From positions 646,272 to 710,271 of the forward strand of contig CM119269.1 in the NCBI GenBank assembly GCA_051294375.1: a stretch of DNA of 64,000 nt, written 5' to 3'. Shown here one piece after another: positions 48,401 to 60,400 of the stretch. A program made the position numbers and the translations under genes. The notes under the pieces are model-generated. The model saw nothing but the letters and a program-made list of their open reading frames with translations, was not told the origin of the DNA and did not search any database. Source of the DNA: Paraspadella gotoi. Lineage: Eukaryota > Animalia > Chaetognatha. Within the stretch, counting starts at the first letter, position 1. Each line of letters starts with the position of its first letter.

Positions 48401-51400
48401 CGCGTCGCCACTATCGTCGGCAGCTTCGCTTCTATCGAGGTCCGCCACTCGATGGAGACGTTTTGCTGGGTGGCGCTGGCGTTAAACGCCGCCGCCGCCC
48501 TCGCGGTGTGGGCGGTTCCTGAGACAAAGGGACCGTGATGTCGCAAGATGTCCTTAGCGACGGAGAAGTTGACGACGACGAGATAAAAAATTAATTTTCT
48601 ATCTATTTGATTTACATATATATTTATATTTTATATAAGTATATATTTGTGTATATATTTTTGTTAATCATCTTGAATGTCTATAATATAGCTGATTCAT
48701 CTCGAAATAGACGGAACCCATNNNNNNNNNNTATTTTTGTTAATCATTTTGAATGTCTATAATATAGCTTATTCATCTCGAAATAGACGGAACCCATCAA
48801 TCTTATTTATATATTCTAATCGCCATAATTCTCTCGATTACAAATAAGAAGATACTTTTGTGTGTGAAATTTAATATTTGTCGAGTGTCCCTAATTATTT
48901 GATATCATATAGTTTTTTAACCATTTCAACGTGCGAATTAAAATTATTAACAATGAGAATTTGAAACATAATAAATTTAATCGAATCGATTCTAACCAAG
49001 TCAAAGGAAATGTAATTCAATCACATCATATCACAGTTAATCCAAATGTAATCCAATCACAGTTAATCACAGTTAAGGCAGAAGTAATCACATCAATAAC
49101 ATCACATCGCAGTTAAGTCAAGTCAAAAACGATAAATTAAGTATTCCCCTCCCGCCTCCAACCCACCGAATTAAAAAGAGTCCCGAATTCTCCATACTAT
49201 CGGGGTCCAAGCTTCCGTTCGGTCTCCAGCTTTTCCATCGCTCCCGCTTCGCTCCAGCGTCGCTGTCGTCGCGCCCCTCCGGTCCGACGATGACGCGGCG
49301 GCTGCTGCGGTGGGGGAAAGAGGCTGCGGGGGAGTGCGGCATCGTGGAGGATCACCCAGGGGTCTTTGAGGACCCGTTTATTGGTCAAGATCAAGCTAAA
49401 AGCGTCGCGGAAATGAGGTTCGAGCGATAAGAAACTTTCGGTCTTTCTGTCAAGCTCTAATTTCAAAAGTCTTCATCGTTTGAAATAAGAATTTAAATTT
49501 TAACATCAAATAGACTCATGTGTAATACACTGTATTGTGTGTGGATAAGGGGCTAAGTGGGCTACTTTCTGTGCCCCTTCGGGAGCAATGGATCAGGTCC
49601 TGGGCTTGGAACCAGGCTTGAGGGTTTTTCAATCCTCTAAGGCGATTTACGGCCGTCATGGGTACCGAATTTAATGGTCATAAGCTGATGCAATTTCTCA
49701 ATGAGCCACCGGGGCACAACTTATAGGCTCATAGGCTGGGTGAACTTGTTACAATGTCCGACTACATGTATTTACTTGAATCCAACAAGAACCTCTCATA
49801 GTAATATCGACATCTCGCTCTTCTCGCTTCTCAAGGATCGCGCATTCACTCATTCGCAAACTGAGCAGCGTCTGGTGCGAATGCCGCGTCCACCGATGCG
49901 ACGGACTTCCGACGAAATGGGTCGAACAGGACGACGACGAACTCAAGCGAAAGAGGAGCGCCTTCGCCATCTACGATCCGCCCTTGCCGGATGATTATGG
50001 TGGGGGGGGGGGATTAGACTTTTAGGTTCTTAAAAGTTTTTTTCATTCAAAGTCTAAGATTTTTTTCTTTTGCAAATATTAAGATGGTGAAGAAGAAGGG
50101 GAAGAAGAGCCTCCGCCGATTTTCTGCGAATGTAGGCAAGTGAATATGTGGTTCACAAAAATAAACGACGCCATTGCCAAGAAACGAAATTCTATTGATA
50201 AATTCCTCGTCATAGACTTTAACTACGAAAACTGCTTTTCCTGTTCTTCACAAACTCTTTTCAGAAGTATAGTTGGCGTGAACGACCTTTCACCGCGACC
50301 TACCTCAGCTCCGTTGCCCGTCGACGACGTGTTTCGCTTCTGTTTCGGTCGCGGTTTCGTCCCGCGTCTTCGCGTCGCCCTCGATCCGAAACTTGATTTT
50401 GAACAAAAGGCCCGCGGAGATGTTCATTTTTACCGACAGGATTTTGCCACCGGACGCAACGACGTTTGGCCGGAAAACAAAAGACTATCGTTCTTTCCCG
50501 AAAAGATCGAAAAGCGTAATAAATAAAAACAAAAATAAGTAATTATAAAGCGGGCAATGCCCATGTTTGCCCCGCCTATAAACACTTCCCGTTGCTGTTA
50601 CCCGGTGACTGATTGAGTAAATCCTTAGTGTGGAGTAAAGTACTGGGTTCAATCCTAACCGTGCACCGTGCAAGCAGCATGACGTTGCACGTTGACTACC
50701 TTCGTGACAAAGCGACCCGGGTCCCATTACTGCGCTGGCGAGGAAGCAAAATAATTTTAAATTCAAATGACATTAAGTTTAGGAGTAAAACTGTCTTTAA
50801 CTTTTTTTTATTCCCCCTTGCAAGCATTGGGGCCGGTGCTTGGGGGTTTTCTACTCCTTCAAGGCGGTTTACGGCCATCTTCACGATTCCCCTCGTTGGG
50901 CGGGTACAGGATTGGTTATAGACATTTGAGAAACAGCGTCACAACTAGCCACAAGACAGTTATCCGTAAAAAAGGCCAAAGTTTAATGCTACATTTTTCC
51001 CTTCACCAAATTTCTTTCATCAGCGGGATTAATTTTCGAGGAAATTCTACCGAAACCTTCGCCGTCTGAACAAAAGGTAGAAATGTAATATTCGTATGTG
51101 AAACCAGTGAGGTAACGCCTTTACTCTCACGCTTCCCGCCGAACTTCATCGGCCTTGAGTGCGAGCCTTATTGTTTACAAAGCAATTTTTACAAGACTGT
51201 AGTTGGCTGCCTTTTGTTTTTCTTTTTTCTTTTGTTGCTCTCTTGTCTTGGTAGGACGTAAATAATGATACTTTACTTAATTAAATATTCCACTTTAGCT
51301 TCTGGGAGACCTGGGGTTCGAACCCTGGGTAACCATCCAGGAAGAGGAGGCAAAGGCTGCAGCGGCGGAGGCAGCGGCTAAGGCTGCGGCGGAGGAGGCG

Positions 51401-54400
51401 GCAGCGAAGGCAGCGGCAGAACAAGCTGAGAGACTGGCCGCTGAAGGAATTTTGATGTGAGAAAGTGTGATAAAGTTTACGCTGTTAAAAAAAAGAAACG
51501 ACTTCTCCCTTTATTTGGTGAAAAAAAAAAAGGCCAGAAAACGGGGACACTCCCCCGTTCGCCATCGTAATATCACCGGCGACGCAGAACGGCAGAGACT
51601 TATATCCCCCGGGGGAAGATGACGAAGACGACGGTCGCTTCCAGCTCCGCGAAGACATGCGTCTCAAGGACTTTCAGTCTTTGCTTCGCAACATCGCGGA
51701 AGACGTCGTGAAAGCCTCGCTGGCTGGATGTCAGTTCATTGAAGAGGAGGAGGAGGAGGAGGAGGAGGCGGTACAGGAGAAGAGCGATGATAAAGATGAG
51801 GTGGGTCGTTGTGGAATTGTGGATATATAAGTATCGTAAATATCGTAAATAAATAAATAATAAATCGTCCAGGATCTGGAAGCCAAGCTCGACGTCCCGA
51901 ACTTCGTTCGCGTCGTATCGATGTCGGGTCAAAGGCCTGAGCCCAAGAAAAGGCCGGAGGATAAGACCGCGGGTCTCGGTGGGGATTTAATATCGTTCGG
52001 TCATGAATGATGGAGCGTATTATTAGTTATTATTAGTTATTAATATTAGTTGCGCCGCGAGTACTCGCGGGGCAACTCTATGAGACACTTTTCGGACGGT
52101 TTGTCGGTCTGTTAGTCGGTCGGTCGGTATGCCAGTCCTTCGGTCTGTCTCACTCATGTTAAAAATGCTTCTCAGTCTCACTCGCCTAAAGTTAGTCGGT
52201 TGCTCCTTTGTTAAGACAACTAGCGCCGCCTTCAGGAAATCATAGAACTGTAAAGAATAAAAGACGGGCTAAAAAAGTCACTGCGGCGCAACACACATTT
52301 GAATTTCCGTTCTAGTTTTCTAGATTTCCTGAACCCGCAAGTAATTGGACACCCCAAAAAAATTGTTTTTATTCCCTTTCACGAGAATAAAAACTTTTAA
52401 AACGGAATGTTTTCCTTTCCTTTCCTTTCCTTTCCATTCCTCGACTTCGGACACGAAAGAGATTTTTAATATGGGGGCGGAGAAGTGGAACGAAGCCGTC
52501 ACGCGCGCCATCAACGGCGAGTCCCGCTTTCAGTCGGTCACCAACTCTGCCGATGATTCGATCAAAAACTCCGTCAAGAGTTCGAATTTCGCGACGAGAC
52601 GATCCTCGATGAAATCGAGTCGATCTCGTCAGTCGAAGAGGAGTCGGAGGGAGGAGAATGAAGAGAGGGAGAGGGAGATGAGGAGGGAAATCGTTAGAGT
52701 CGCCGCTGCGAGGAGAAAATGGTGGAAGGTCGGGGAGGAGGGGTTGGGGAAAAGAGAAACAGAGTTTCTGTCGTAGGTCGGGGACGACCACTTGGTAATC
52801 TAGTTTATTTATTCTTCCTTCTATAATTAAGACTTTAGACAGGCTGGGAGTATTAGGGCTTTCATCCCTCCTACAATTATAGCGGGAACCTGCGAGCTTT
52901 AATTTTCAATCGACTTTAATAACTTCCAGAGTACTCGAGTTTCCTATCGATAGAGTAGAAAGATATTTTTAGAAAAAGTTTCAACAGTATAAAAGAATCT
53001 ATCTCTTACTCTCTCGTTACATATAATTTCAATACAAATCTTAAATGGTTAAAGACCAACAATATTACAAAAAGCTCCCCCCCCCTAAAAGCAGCTCTCC
53101 TTTCCAGCTCCTCTCCGAAGGCCGCATTCTCCTCGCTCTCTTTTCCTTCCTTGACGTCGGCGCGGAATCCACGAAAAGCTTGAAGAAAGACGCGCACAAC
53201 TGGAGCAAGGCTCAGTTCGAAGAGCTGCAGTTACAGGTGTGCGCTTGAACCGAACCGCTCTCGTGAAATCCGTCGAACGGGCGATCAAAAAAAGAAAAGT
53301 AAATAACGATGAACCAAAGTTTCGATTAATCGTTTCCTTTTTCCCATCCAAAGGCGATCGCAGCACTCCAAACACTTGCGCCTCTACTCCTACACGACTA
53401 CATTCAAATCCAAGGCAATACCCGGCTTCTCCTACTCCTCGACTGGAGCGTCTCCAACTACGACTTCTTCGGCCACGGCAACTCCTTTCATGGACGAGGG
53501 GGCCGCGGAAACAAACGCGCCCAGCTGCGTCTCGTCTTGCAGCTTGCCAGGAGCATGGTTGGCATGAAGGCCACCATGCCGATGGGTACCGCGACTGAGA
53601 AGGAGGTGAGGGTTACGCATTGTTTTCAACAGGATTAGACTTAGAGAGCGGTTAAAACTGGATTTGATTTCTTTTTCAGGTGGCGCTAATGACGCAAGAC
53701 CTGGTCGATCAGGGCATCATCCAACAGTTGGTCGACTCCCTTCGGCGTATTTGTGCGGTGGGCGGGGGGCCCGGCGACGAGGTTGACGTTGACATTCAGG
53801 CGGACATGCTGCACATACTGGCGACGTTGTGTAACGAGGAAGTTCCGAGGTGTGCAATTTGAGCTGTAACTCCCTGTCGCCAGTTTTGCTATTACTGTTG
53901 TCGTACTTACTTATAAGAATTATGAAGCTGCCGTCTCTCATCGATCTCATCCATATTCGACATAATTTAAGATTTTCCAGTTGGTGTTGTTACGAGCAAC
54001 AATGTATAAAAATTTCATTACGTGAAAATTAAAAAGGAACATCGGTCTAAATAAATTTTTTTCGAAAACCACCCTTTAACCCCTAACCACCCTAAACTAC
54101 CGATAATCCCTAACCTGAAAAAAAGAAATAATGCAAGCGAATAGAAAAATAACCGAATTCCAGTCGGCGAAAGTAAAATTATACCAAATCTTATTCTTTT
54201 TACAGAAAAGAAATTTTCGGCGGATATTCCGGCGTCGAGATGTTGGTATCATACTTGTCAGCGGCCGTCGCTGACCCGGCGTCGTATCTGGCCACAGCGC
54301 TCGGGCAACACAGGCTGCTCCTGGCGCTGATCGACTGCCTCTGGAGCTGCGTCGTCGGCTGCGGCGGCAACGAGAGCGTCTTTCTCGAAGCGGAGGGAGT

Positions 54401-56584
54401 GTTTTTGCTCGCCGACCTCCTGGAGGCGTCGCCGCCTAAACTGCGCTCACCGGTTTTGGGAGTGTTGTTGGATCTCTGCGAGACGCCAAGGTACGGTATT
54501 CATCAGTGGAATATTAATGTCACATTATTCGTTATCTTATAAGATAAATTTTATTATTTGCGCTGATGAAGGCTAACATATTAGCCGAAACATGAACGAT
54601 TTTCTCCTTGAAAAATAAAAACAAATTCGTTGTCTGTTAACAAAATAAAAATTTCGCTTAATATTAAGTTAAATCTTAATTCGTAAGACGTTTCTAGCAT
54701 TTGTGTATTATTTTTAAATATGTATTATCGTCCCTCCACCTTTCCCTGCAACAAGCAGCTCCATTTCCCATTTGATGGCGTGGCGGGGATCCGGTTCGCA
54801 GCCGCTGACGAAGCTGCTCTGCCGCATCTGGCGGGAGGAGGAGTCGGCAGCCGGAGTCAGGAGGGACGAGCGCGGCGGCATCATGGATAAAACAACGCCG
54901 CTTCTCGGGAAAGAACAGGCCGAGGTGGAGGTCCAGGTAAGGATAACGATCAAATGGAAACGTCATTTTTAATGTCGCAAAAAATGAGCGCATCGATTTC
55001 GTCATCGTCTACTGTCGAACAGGCTCAAACGCGCGCAACCGCGCCCTCCGCTGCCATCGTCGACGTGGCGGAGAATCAGCGCGCTAAGATCTACGCCATC
55101 TTCTGCAAAATGGGGTTCGAGGCTGCCGGACGACACCCGGGCCTCGACGTCGACGATTACGTCACGCTCACCATCGTCGATCACTACCTTGACTTTAAGG
55201 TGATAGTCTTAACAACGCTTTCAGTTTCGCCATACATGCACCGGAAAAAAAACTGAAGATCGAAGGCAGGTTTTTCTCTCGATTTGCAAAAATTCTTTTA
55301 TTTTTCCGGCGTAAGATTCAATTCCCTCATTCGAATTCTTTGATCAATAACAGAGGTTCATATCAAAATCATTGTAATTTTATTCCTGCGCCCATTCCCT
55401 CGATTGAAATAAACTCGCTGTAAATTCACATCGCCTCACCTATAGCATCATTCAGACCATCCCATTGGCTCACAGGGGGAACGCACCATCCAAGGCGTTG
55501 CGTTCCATCAAGCCCTAACGACTTCCCTACGTTGGCAAAGCGAGACCGTCCTAGGGTAACCGCGAGAGTGACAGGAGACGTCACTGAGGGTCCATAGCCC
55601 CTAAAGCCAACAGTGAGAAGCCCCATTCCAATGGCATCCCAGGAAACCCGGCTGTTGCCATTTCCCATAAAATTACAAATTTTTCTTACTAAAAATTTCA
55701 CCTCCATTGAACTGAAATACTAAAATACTACTGAAATACTGAAATACTAATAGTAATTGTATATATCCGTAATAGATTGTCTCGTTTAAAATGAGCTCGA
55801 TCCTCAACCCTTAGATGGCCGAAGTGTGGTCAGAAGTTCAAGAAGAGTTGGCGGTGGAAGGGGTGAAGCCTATCAAGTGCGAACGCGAGGCTTTCGAGAC
55901 GATCGCGGCTACTTTGGATTCCAAGGCTGAACACGTGACCGATGCCATTTCATCTATCGTCGAGGAACACGGGGCCAAAGAGGTAAGTTCGACTAATTTC
56001 GACCCCCTCTCCTCGTTCCATAGTTTAACATTTCCTCCATCGACCCCCTCCAATAGCTGGCGGCGGAAGAGGACCACTACCGGTGGATCCACGACAACCA
56101 TCGCCAACTGGAATCGGCGAGGAGAAAGTTCCAGGATTTCGTGACGAGGACGTCGAGGCACGAAGTTTTGGTGGCGGCGAAAAAATTGCAGGACGAGGTC
56201 ATCCAACATTCGAGGACAAAAGAGCCTTACTACGAAGGGTAACGGAGAGTCTCGATCGAACATGGCTAAAACTGAACTTCCTGTACTCCTGAGGTCACAA
56301 GCAAACTAACGGATTGTGTTTTTCAGGGAGGATTTTTACGATCTCAACGTGAAGAACGTTAACATAACTGTAAGTACTAAGCTTTTAGATTTACGATCTT
56401 CTCCAAAGGAGTTGGACAAATGAATTTTTTTTGCTAGATTTTTTTTATGAACCATAAATAATTTTCCATATAGGCGTTTGTTGGGCGCCACGCTTCAGTC
56501 GATCCGCGTCGCGTCTCTGTGCCATGTATTCGGGCGACGAAGCCAAAAAGTAAACAAAGGGTCGTCATGGAAATGGACGCGTGA
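40799..56584 (+). CDS. CFAP69: Cilia- and flagella-associated protein 69 (ARM-repeat)
   Basis: Exons encode IPVVSHVITDDQ, GF.MKDLVQVFKILSVC...LRLCALPFLCERASDE, SVEILWNLLE, DDFELKKLL, WSKAQFEELQLQAIA.L..LAPLL..DY...QGN.RLL.LLDW, FFGHGNSFHG.GGRGNK.AQ, WSCVVGC...E.VFLE.EGVFLL.DLL, ENQRAKIYAI..KMGF and YLDFKMAEVW.EV.EEL. All match recalled CFAP69 motifs. The start and stop exons are approximate. Confidence 0.9.
41858..42270. repeat. (CTTTT)n low-complexity tract
   Basis: Direct reading; intronic and adjacent to a gap. Confidence 0.9.
44120..44560. repeat. (AG)n microsatellites within a ~130-bp tandem triplication
   Basis: caaatctcacgtctttt recurs at ~44255, 44392 and 44544 between AG tracts. 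Further AG/CT tracts at ~24175-24250, 26460-26555, 33350-33430, 43855-43935 and 45365-45440. Confidence 0.85.
44947..45228 (+). mobile_element. Dispersed ~280-bp repeat in a CFAP69 intron
   Basis: Homolog of 38180-38543 with the blocks in permuted order. Confidence 0.75.
45928..48538 (+). CDS. SLC22-family (organic cation/anion transporter-like) MFS protein nested in a CFAP69 intron
   Basis: Exons ~45928-46371, 46458-47143, 47199-47291 and 48293-48538. Motifs SLMFEFGLAC, ADRFGRR, RDWR.L, VPESLRWL, AEIFPTNVRS..LG......R and VPETKG. Confidence 0.88.
47690..48185. mobile_element. Helitron/Helentron-derived non-autonomous element(s), HINE/DINE-1-like
   Basis: ~160-bp tandem duplication with caaaatttca...caatc, a (GACA/GACG)n microsatellite, and a terminal hairpin agtcgg..tctgct..agcaggtccgact. 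Confidence 0.6.
49179..52776 (+). CDS. Uncharacterised multi-exon gene nested in the same CFAP69 intron
   Basis: Phase-consistent GT-AG chain ~49179-49417, 49835-49998, 50084-50131, 50216-50268, 50309-50515, 51024-51076, 51341-51456, 51533-51800, 51873 onward. Start and final exons are uncertain. Confidence 0.6.
49540..49765 (-). mobile_element. tRNA-related SINE-like repeat copy
   Basis: ggataagg..ctaagtgg, ggtcctgggcttggaaccaggcttgag, aaggcgatttacggccgtc and ctcaatgagccaccggg are shared with the 17 kb and 30.4 kb copies. Confidence 0.65.
50548..50947. mobile_element. Two diverged fragments of the SINE-like family in opposite orientations
   Basis: ccccgcctata...cccggtgactgattgagtaaa...gggttcaatcc (plus sense) at 50565-50655; caaggcggtttacggcc...gtcacaact at 50860-50947. 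Confidence 0.55.
52048..52170 (+). mobile_element. HINE/DINE-1-like element end
   Basis: Hairpin agttgc-gccgcgagtactcgcgg-ggcaact, then ctatgagacacttt and (GTCG/GTCT)n. Same layout as the reverse complement of 48120-48185. Confidence 0.55.
54560..54600 (+). ncRNA. Degenerate minimal hammerhead ribozyme motif (Penelope type) in a CFAP69 intron
   Basis: CTGATGA-a-ggctaa-cata-ttagcc-GAAAC-ATGA with downstream aataaa. The U of the cleavage triplet is replaced by A. Confidence 0.55.
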
Positions 56585-57463
56585 CGATCGACGGTTAAGC
56601 GTTGCCGGAATTAAGTGTCTGGTCTTAATTCGCAATATTGTTTCATGATGAATGCTTTACACATTATTGAATAACTAACGTTTGGAAGCTACGTGACTAT
56701 ATTTCTTTTTATATAATCACAGAAAAAGGTTACGATGAGGTTTTCGTAGTTATTTTATTTAAAGGGAGAGAGAAGAGATTCAGTACAAATAACCAAAAAA
56801 ACCGGTAAATAAAGTTAGCTCGACTCAATATTCGTTCCATTTTCAATTTTGACATTTAAAGAAATCCATTTAAAATAAATAACTTAAACGCGTGTATTTC
56901 ATAACAGATTTTGCAAATGTCATTTAAACAGAAAAGGTCAGAATTAATCGGAAAGAAAAATTCCTACCACAAGACAAAAAAAAAATCAGACTAGTGTTCA
57001 CTACTATCTGCTTTTACGTAGATATCAATGATGAATAATATTTTTTTTTATCGAAGTCCCTCTCGCAATTCCAAAGCGATGATTCCTGGATGAAAAAGAA
57101 GTAAATCAAGTTAGATTTATTTAAAAGAAAAGTATTAACAAACAATTAACAAAATATGTCGTATGGTATTATGAAAAAGTTACTACATGAAAAAAAAACT
57201 AATGGAGGTAAAATTCCCGAAACCGTTGTCGTATAATTACTAAGTAAATAGATATATTTTAGGATAAAATGAAAAATGCGGTATGAAAGTTAGAAAGAGT
57301 TGACAAAAATATGTTTAAATAGGTATTTATCAATGAGTTCGACACAAAAAAAAAAAAAAAAAAACAAACAAAAAACATTTTTACAAACATAACGAATACG
57401 ATTTTTAGTCAAAAATTGGGCGAATAGTAGTAATAACTAATAATAGAATTTTGAGCTTACGTT

Positions 57464-60400
57464 TTAACTTAAAAAGTTGTGACTGAACATGGAGGGAAGG
57501 GTTATGTTGTCACTAGGGGGTGCTGAGGGTAAAGAATCTGGAGAGGAGAAAAACGAGGACGAAGCGGAGAGAAAGGGAGGGAAGGAGTGAGAGAAGAAAT
57601 TAGCAGCGTTGGAGATAACGCTTCTCACCACCCGATTAGTCTTACACAGCTTACTTCAAACCCCCCCCCCCAAAAAAAAAAAACTAATCGCTACCCCTTA
57701 CCCGAACAAACTAAAACACAACTTACTGTGGGGAAATAAAGAATCGCCGAAGTCCGCCAGCGGATCGCGCGACCCTGCTGTGCCCCCTCCAGTACCTCCA
57801 CCTTCATCCCCTCGTCGTCCTCTCATTCCACCTCCAGACGCAGATTTTCGCAGATCCAACCCATTGACGGATGCGGCGTCTCCCGCGGGCGACGACCCGG
57901 CGCCGAACGAGGTCGCCGACATGTCGTAGCCACCGGATGGTGTGACTCGACCTCCCGGAGGCGTCGACAGGGAACCGTGAGAGTTGAAGTTGGGCGTTGG
58001 GGACGGGGGAGGGTAAAAGGGGTAACCGCCTGGAGAGGGAAAAAAGCGGGGAGCGAAGGGGGGCAGAAACATTGGCAGTAGAGGCAAATTGGTTGGCTTA
58101 ACAAGCAAAATGAGACTAACATAAGGTACATAGTACTAAATTAAATTTACATAAGTATTTAATAGTGTTTATTAAAATTTACTCGGGATTAAAACGTAGG
58201 ATACGGATGAGCATTTTAGGCACCTGAAAGAAGAAAGGACTGCCCCGTGTTTGACTGCGTCAGGGCGACGGGAGTCGGGCTCGACACCGCAATAGGCGCG
58301 TACGACGTGTGGGCGGGACGGGGCTTCAGGGTTGGAGGCGTCGACATCTGGCGGCATATCATGACGCCAAAAAATATACAAATTATGTATATGCCTGCGA
58401 CATGATTTTTTAAATCAAAGCTTTATTTCACTCACCGTGCTCATTCGGCTAGCGACGTTGTGAAGCGGAGGAGACCCGAGCGGGACCAGGGTGGGCATGG
58501 GATGGTTAGTGGGTGGTGCCGATCGACAGACGGGCGTCGGGTGTGTCGGGGACAGGGGCCAAGAGGGAGAAGAGGTCGAGCTTGGGGTGGGGGTGAGAGT
58601 GGGGGCAGGTGACAAGGGCGTCGTCGTGCTTACCGCGGAACTGGCTCGTTTGGCTGTGAGAGAAATTCGTAGGAATGTTTTTAACAAGATGAAAAAGAAA
58701 AGTCAACTTTCTAAAACTTAGTAGCGGAATGATTATCTGACCTGGCGGCTCTTCTTCATCCGAACTGTCGAGGGTTATGCACTCGGGCGCCTTGGCCGAA
58801 TTCTCTTTGGGTTCCTCCGACTGATTAGTTTCGGGCGACGGAGGAAGAGCGGACGATTCCATCTGAAATAAAACAATAGGCGGACGGGGCAAATTGAGGG
58901 AGAGTAAGTCGAAAGGTTATTTTATAGTTATTGAGTAATTATATAAAAATATAGCCTTGCTAATAACCTTGACAACTGTTTTCCTCTCATTGGATGCCTC
59001 CTCCCTCTTGTCTTTTTTGTCGTCCTCCTTAATTGGCGCCCAGGTTCCGTCGTCGAAGAAGTTGATGTCTGTGACGTCCGAGGGCGCGCTGCGGAGCACC
59101 TCGCAGAAGTACCCGTCGATCGCCAACACGTCGAAGTGGGCGCTGCGGTCGCAAACTGGGCACACCCATTTGGCCTTCCGTTCGTTCATTTGAAGAAACA
59201 TGTTCGCATCGAAACACTTGAAACAAAGAACAATAGTTATTAGTTATACGATTTATTGACCGGATAATATAGTACCAATCTTCAAAATTTAGACTAAGGC
59301 CACCTAATTTTATAAGTATTAAGTAAGAGTATTTCACCTGCAGATGCATGCACGTGGTTGGCCGACAAGGAATCGTCATCCTGCACTTGGAAACGGGACA
59401 GTTAAGGGAGACCTTGAGCGAGCAGGTGGCGATCTCGGAGTCGCCGTCTCCCGCCATTTTCTCTTTGATCATCGCCTTCGTGTGGTCGGGATGACGGATG
59501 TTTTTGGCGCGCAATCTCTGGAGAAGAGTCTCCGCCGTCACGCATCTGCGAAAGAGAGAAATCGACGAAGGTTGAAAGGGTTGTCGAGACAAAGCGAAGA
59601 AAGTTGTAGAGAATTTGAACCTGACGAGATCGAGGGAGATACAAAATGATCTGCCGACCTCCGCCGCCCACGTCACGTCTACCCGGTTGGGGACAGTGGG
59701 GGAGAGGCGACACACCGAAGTGATGTTGACGGGTCGGTTGGGCCTCTTCGGTTCCACGCCAGGCCGATTGCTGGGAATGAGATTCTGTGGTTGGAAAGAA
59801 AATAAAATCAAGAGTTGCAGATAAAAAAATAGGAGAGTTAAAAGTCTGGAGTCGGGATTAAATTACCGGAAGCGGCGCCGGCTTTCCATTGACTCTGACG
59901 CCGATAGAATGAGGGAACATGTCATCCTGCTCGCTCGTCGTTTCCGTCAGACAAAACCTCATGAGGACTTGAACTTGGAAATCCGCTTGGCCTTCGAAGA
60001 TTAGAGGACGAAAAGCGAAATGATACGATCCCGTCGAGTAAGTTAAAAGATTTAAACTTACCAGGTCGAATATCCCGGGAGTTGCCGATTTCATTAGCTT
60101 GTTGCGGAGTCAAATGAAAGATGTAATACGCTTCCTGAACGAAATTAAAAATAACTAAATATTAGTAAACAAATAATCCCGTTGTTGACAAAGAGACGTT
60201 TTTATGCTTCACCTGGTATTTCGAGTTTCCTTTGGGAAGCAGAGACGTGGGTTTTAGCAAAGAAGCCAAAACGTCGTAGAAAGGGAGACGCTTCATGCGG
60301 ACGTCGGGGTGCACCGGAAGTTGAGCTCCGTAAAGCGCGTAAGGGTTGACACTAAAAACCCAATTTATAAAATTAATTTATTCGTTCTTTATTTTGTATT

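Noticed and set aside
48655-48797. ~66-bp direct repeat around a 10-N gap
   Set aside because: Typical unmerged contig overlap.
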